Assembly: GCF_036321535.1 (NCBI RefSeq)
Contig: NC_087445.1
Coordinates: 14,012,001-14,076,000, forward strand
DNA length: 64,000 nucleotides
Direction of reading: 5' to 3'
Source of the DNA: Camelus dromedarius
Lineage: Eukaryota
Shown here piece after piece: positions 60,501-64,000 of the stretch (positions are counted from its first letter, which is position 1; each line of letters opens with the position of its first letter). A program made the translations under genes and the position numbers. Below the pieces are notes generated by a model. The model was not told where the DNA came from. It saw only the letters and a list, made by a program, of their open reading frames with translations, and did not search any database.

Positions 60501-61859
60501 AACTCAGCAAAGTCTTCTGCCCTCTCCCTAATAAATTTAGCAGATGATCCTAGTTATTTCTCAGCACTTTATTTATTGTACAGAGAACAAGAGCTCATTA
60601 AGAAGGGGATTAATCCTTGGTGGAATGGAAACACTTCAAAAAATTTTCATGTCATTCTTAGGATTTTGCCAATATGAGAGTAAATCCATTCTCAAAATAT
60701 TACAAACTAGGAGAAAAAAATCAGTCCACGATGAAGCTGTATAATTGATATCCTGATGTATTTACTTCCTATGAGGCATTTTAAATTATAACTTGACAAC
60801 TTACACCCCTCCTGTTATGCCTCCCGTTACCACTCACAGAAGTATGTGGACCAGGGAGCCAGTGCAGGTGGGCAGGAGCCTTGGATGCCTCATAATACAA
60901 GACCCTCCCTCCTAGAAATGCCACCATGTCTCCAAAGCTCCCCCATTTGGAGAGGGCACGATTCCTTCTTGCCCCATCCCCAATTTTCCATCATCACTGA
61001 GATTCTTTCAATTACAAGAATCTAGTCAATGTAGTCCTAAAAACACATTAGAAATTCAGGGAGCATTTTTTTTTTTTTAAAGAATCCATGAACACCTGTT
61101 AAGTGTAGCACTGGGCTCAGTGGACATGCGCAAAGGAGTGAAGACATACCTTTCCTCCTGTACACAACTGAGGCCACGTAAATACCTAAAGGGACTATGG
61201 AAGCGAATGCAAAAGCGTACAGGCTTTGTATTACCAGCTGCAGGCGTACTGGCTTCTGTTTATGCCACGTTGTCTAGTTTTCTGGCACATCACTCATCTC
61301 AGTTCAGAGTTGCAGAAATTCCATTTGGACAAATAATCAGAGAAAGGATGAGGCTACCAAGGATGCTCTTTCCTAAAACGTTCAGCCTCAAATCGCTTTC
61401 TCATGCAAGAGAAGGTGAAGCTTGATGGAAGGTCTCATTTTAAAATTGTATCCTGTTTGCTGCCCTTTTCCCCTGATGTCACTGGGACCACTGACTGAAT
61501 GGCTGAGACAAACCAAAGTAGGACTTTTGGATGGTATGGTATTTATTGTTACATCATAGGAACCCAGAGGGTGCTTCTGGCAGGACCTGCCTATGTTGGT
61601 GTGTGTTCGGTAGAGGGTTACAGGCTCTCTTTCCAGGTTCCAGGTTGGTCACCACGTGGTCCTGTGACCTTGTGTGGGCTGCTTGACCTGTCTGGGTCTC
61701 AGTGTTTACATCTGTAAAAGAGGCTGGAAAACTCATTCTGTGAATGCCTGTACTTTCTGAACCCAATGTGAGTGCCTAGAAGCCCTGAGAGTTGGAGGCC
61801 ATTTCTGTTACCTGACTCTGAGTTAGAACTGAATCCACAAGGAGTTGAATGCCTGGGAT

Positions 61860-62130
61860 CAGGAGGCGGGAGCACTGAGTTAAGTAAATAATATTTAATT
61901 ATTGACAGGGGCGGCATCGCCATCTGCTTCCCGGCTGCATGAGCCTTTCTCTGGTCAGCATTCCTGTGGGGCCAGGCAGGGAGAGCGAGGGCCGTGTGTG
62001 CACTTTCATAATACAAATAGAACAACCAATGCCTCTTCGGGCGGAGCACCAAGAGAAACCCACCTGCACCTGGCCCTGAGTTTATATTATGTTGTTTTTT
62101 GGGTTTTTGTTTTTTTTTTTTTTTTTTTTC
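61860..62130. promoter_or_regulatory. Promoter-like motif array
   Basis: Forkhead-like TAAGTAAATA 61881, TGACAG 61903, GGGGCGG 61908, GCATTCC 61958, CCAAT 62026, GGGCGG 62039, TTTATATTA 62081. Confidence 0.3.
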
Positions 62131-63679
62131 AAAGAATTGGATTGGGCCCTGGGATTGTGAATGCCTGTACACCTCCTTCATGACAGGACAGCAGAGCAAT
62201 CTGTTTTCAAAAGCCAAATCTGGCTTTTTATTTTTTCACCCTCAGCTCAGCCGTTTTTCTCTCCTCTCTCCATCCCAGTGAGGCTTTTTTTCCTCCCCAT
62301 CCTTTTGAGTCAGCAGCCTGCCGGTAACAGAGGTACCCAGCTGTTCTCCGAGTCCTAATCTCCAAACAAGTTTTAATAGATATTGCCTGCCCTCCACGCT
62401 GTTGGCTGCTACAATAACACACCAGACTGCAGGTACTTTCAGTAGGATTCTGAGGTTTATGGTGAAGTGTAGTTTTGCCCAATCGCTGAGGAATAGAGTC
62501 GCTAATATCGCCCGGTAATAATTTTTCATTTGATAGATGGGTGTGTGTTTTGGACTGTTTGCTGCAATACAGAACTGAAAGGGAGCCAGCAGGTTTCTTC
62601 CAGGTGGACCCAAGCACCCTAAAGAAACAGTAATCATAGCTGACAGCCACAGGGCAGGTCATAAGCACCTCAATGAATCCACCCCAACAAGAGCGCTGTG
62701 TAGCAGATAGCTCATTGTCCCCGGTGTCAGAGATGAGAAGACTGAGTCTCTGAGTACACCACAAGCACACGGCAGACCCCAGGTTCCAAGGAAAGCGCAC
62801 TGACTGTATCAGAATCCATCTACTTCTACTGAAGTGGGCAGGAGCACGGACAGACTTCCCAATTCATGCAAAGCAAAACAAAGCAAAACATGGTGGGATG
62901 GGCCCATTTTATTTAGTGGGTGTCCCCAAATCCTAACACAAGCCCACCACTGTTACTTTGAATATATCAGAGAAATCACATCCTCTGTATGGTCTTAGTC
63001 TCTAGAAAATTATTTTTCCATTTTAAAGACCCATTTATTAGCCAAGAAGAAACTTAAATATGGGGAGAGTTTGACCCAACACTATAAAGTTTCATTAAAC
63101 TAGACTCCATTAATTATTATTATAAGAATCGAACATCAGAATCACTAAAGTATGGAAATGATTGTATGGTTTAAATCCTTGTTCTCAAAAAAAACAAAAT
63201 GAAAAAAACACCTCTCTCTCTCTTCCCCTCCTCTGTTTCAAGCATACTACGGCCCTGGGAAGTTTAGCAGCTTGCCAAAGATGTACAAGTAAACACAGGA
63301 TTCAGAGATTCTCTGTATCAGGACAGGAGGGTAGGCTAAATTTGAGCATTGTACCCGCTAGAGGTAACGAAGTTTGCTAAGCAAATGAGTTAGGTAAACA
63401 CACTTCCAATGGATTGTTTAAGCTAGTTAGGAGAATAAATTGCTTCCAGGCATGCATTCACAGGCAAATGATTGATAGACTAATTATAAATCATTCTTAT
63501 CTTTTCGTTGAAGTCTGCTCCCTGAGGACCTCTACTAGGAACAACTTTATCGAGTTCACCACTCCTGAATATACGGAACAGCATCTCTATCGTAAGAAAA
63601 CAAAGTAGCTTAATTCAGATTTTTCATTGATTCAGATAGAAAACTGGCCCTCCTACCCAAAAACTCAGATTAAGTATTT

Positions 63680-63800
63680 CACCAAGAAACATGTATTAAG
63701 TGCATCCTACACACCAGGCACTGTGTTAGGCACTGGCAGTCAGAGGTCGGTAAGATCTGATTCCTGTTTAGAAAAGGTCCTTGTAAGTTTAATTTTGTTG
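63680..63800 (-). mobile_element. L2 3' end
   Basis: atgtattaagtgcatcctacacaccaggcactgtgttaggcactgg. Confidence 0.75.
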
Positions 63801-64000
63801 ATTCTTCTCAGGAGGTCACAAGTGTTCTATTCATGAATGTTTAAGACCACGTGGCCAGCTCTGGGTGGGGAGAGAGGATTAAGGAATCACCTGATACCTA
63901 ATTTCCTCTGAATAACGTGATTACAGATTCATCTATACTGTGTAGAACAAATAGGTTTGTAAACTGCCATATAAGTGTCTGTATTATCACACATTAAGAA

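Noticed and set aside
62093-62129. Long T run as a possible poly(A) tail of a minus-strand processed pseudogene
   Set aside because: There is no AATAAA within 10-30 nt of the tail, no TSD and no recognisable mRNA body.
62228-62800. 190-aa and 131-aa minus-strand ORFs (and the 172-aa ORF at 61699-62217)
   Set aside because: No recognisable domain, the starts are mostly non-ATG or weak, low-complexity K-rich parts come from T tracts, and overlapping frames are equally open in this GC-richer region.
1-64000. CRISPR arrays, rRNA, NUMT, endogenous non-retroviral virus or prokaryotic operons
   Set aside because: I saw no regularly spaced repeat-spacer array, rRNA or mitochondrial motifs, or long gene-dense ORFs; the sequence is typical repeat-rich mammalian non-coding DNA.

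Overview
This is mammalian non-coding genomic DNA (intronic or intergenic), most likely from a camelid. That assignment rests on three tRNA-Ala-derived SINE copies of the camelid Vic-1 type and cetartiodactyl-type L1 3' ends; I recognised no Bov-tA/BovB, PRE-1, CHR-2 or SINEC elements. I recognise no protein-coding gene. The only ORF-track entries with real protein homology are remnants of L1 ORF2 at about 20.1-21.1 kb, which contain two N gaps. A large part of the window is transposon fossil: many MIR, L2 and L3/CR1 fragments, old and younger L1 3' ends, MaLR (MLT1) and ERV-like LTRs, and DNA transposons (MER8, MER5, Kanga/Tc2-like). Family names come from recalled consensus sequences rather than a database search, and most boundaries are approximate. 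Repeat-free islands between them carry clustered developmental or muscle transcription-factor motifs and look like enhancers or alternative promoters, but I could not test conservation. I found no convincing undescribed biological system. The best leads are a compound-rearranged L1 (5' inversion plus internal micro-inversion) at 42.7 kb, short L1 insertions with possible 3' transductions, a candidate frame-preserving exon at 63514-63591, CpG-retaining G4/E-box/promoter-like elements at 60.0-62.1 kb, and several candidate conserved non-coding elements.
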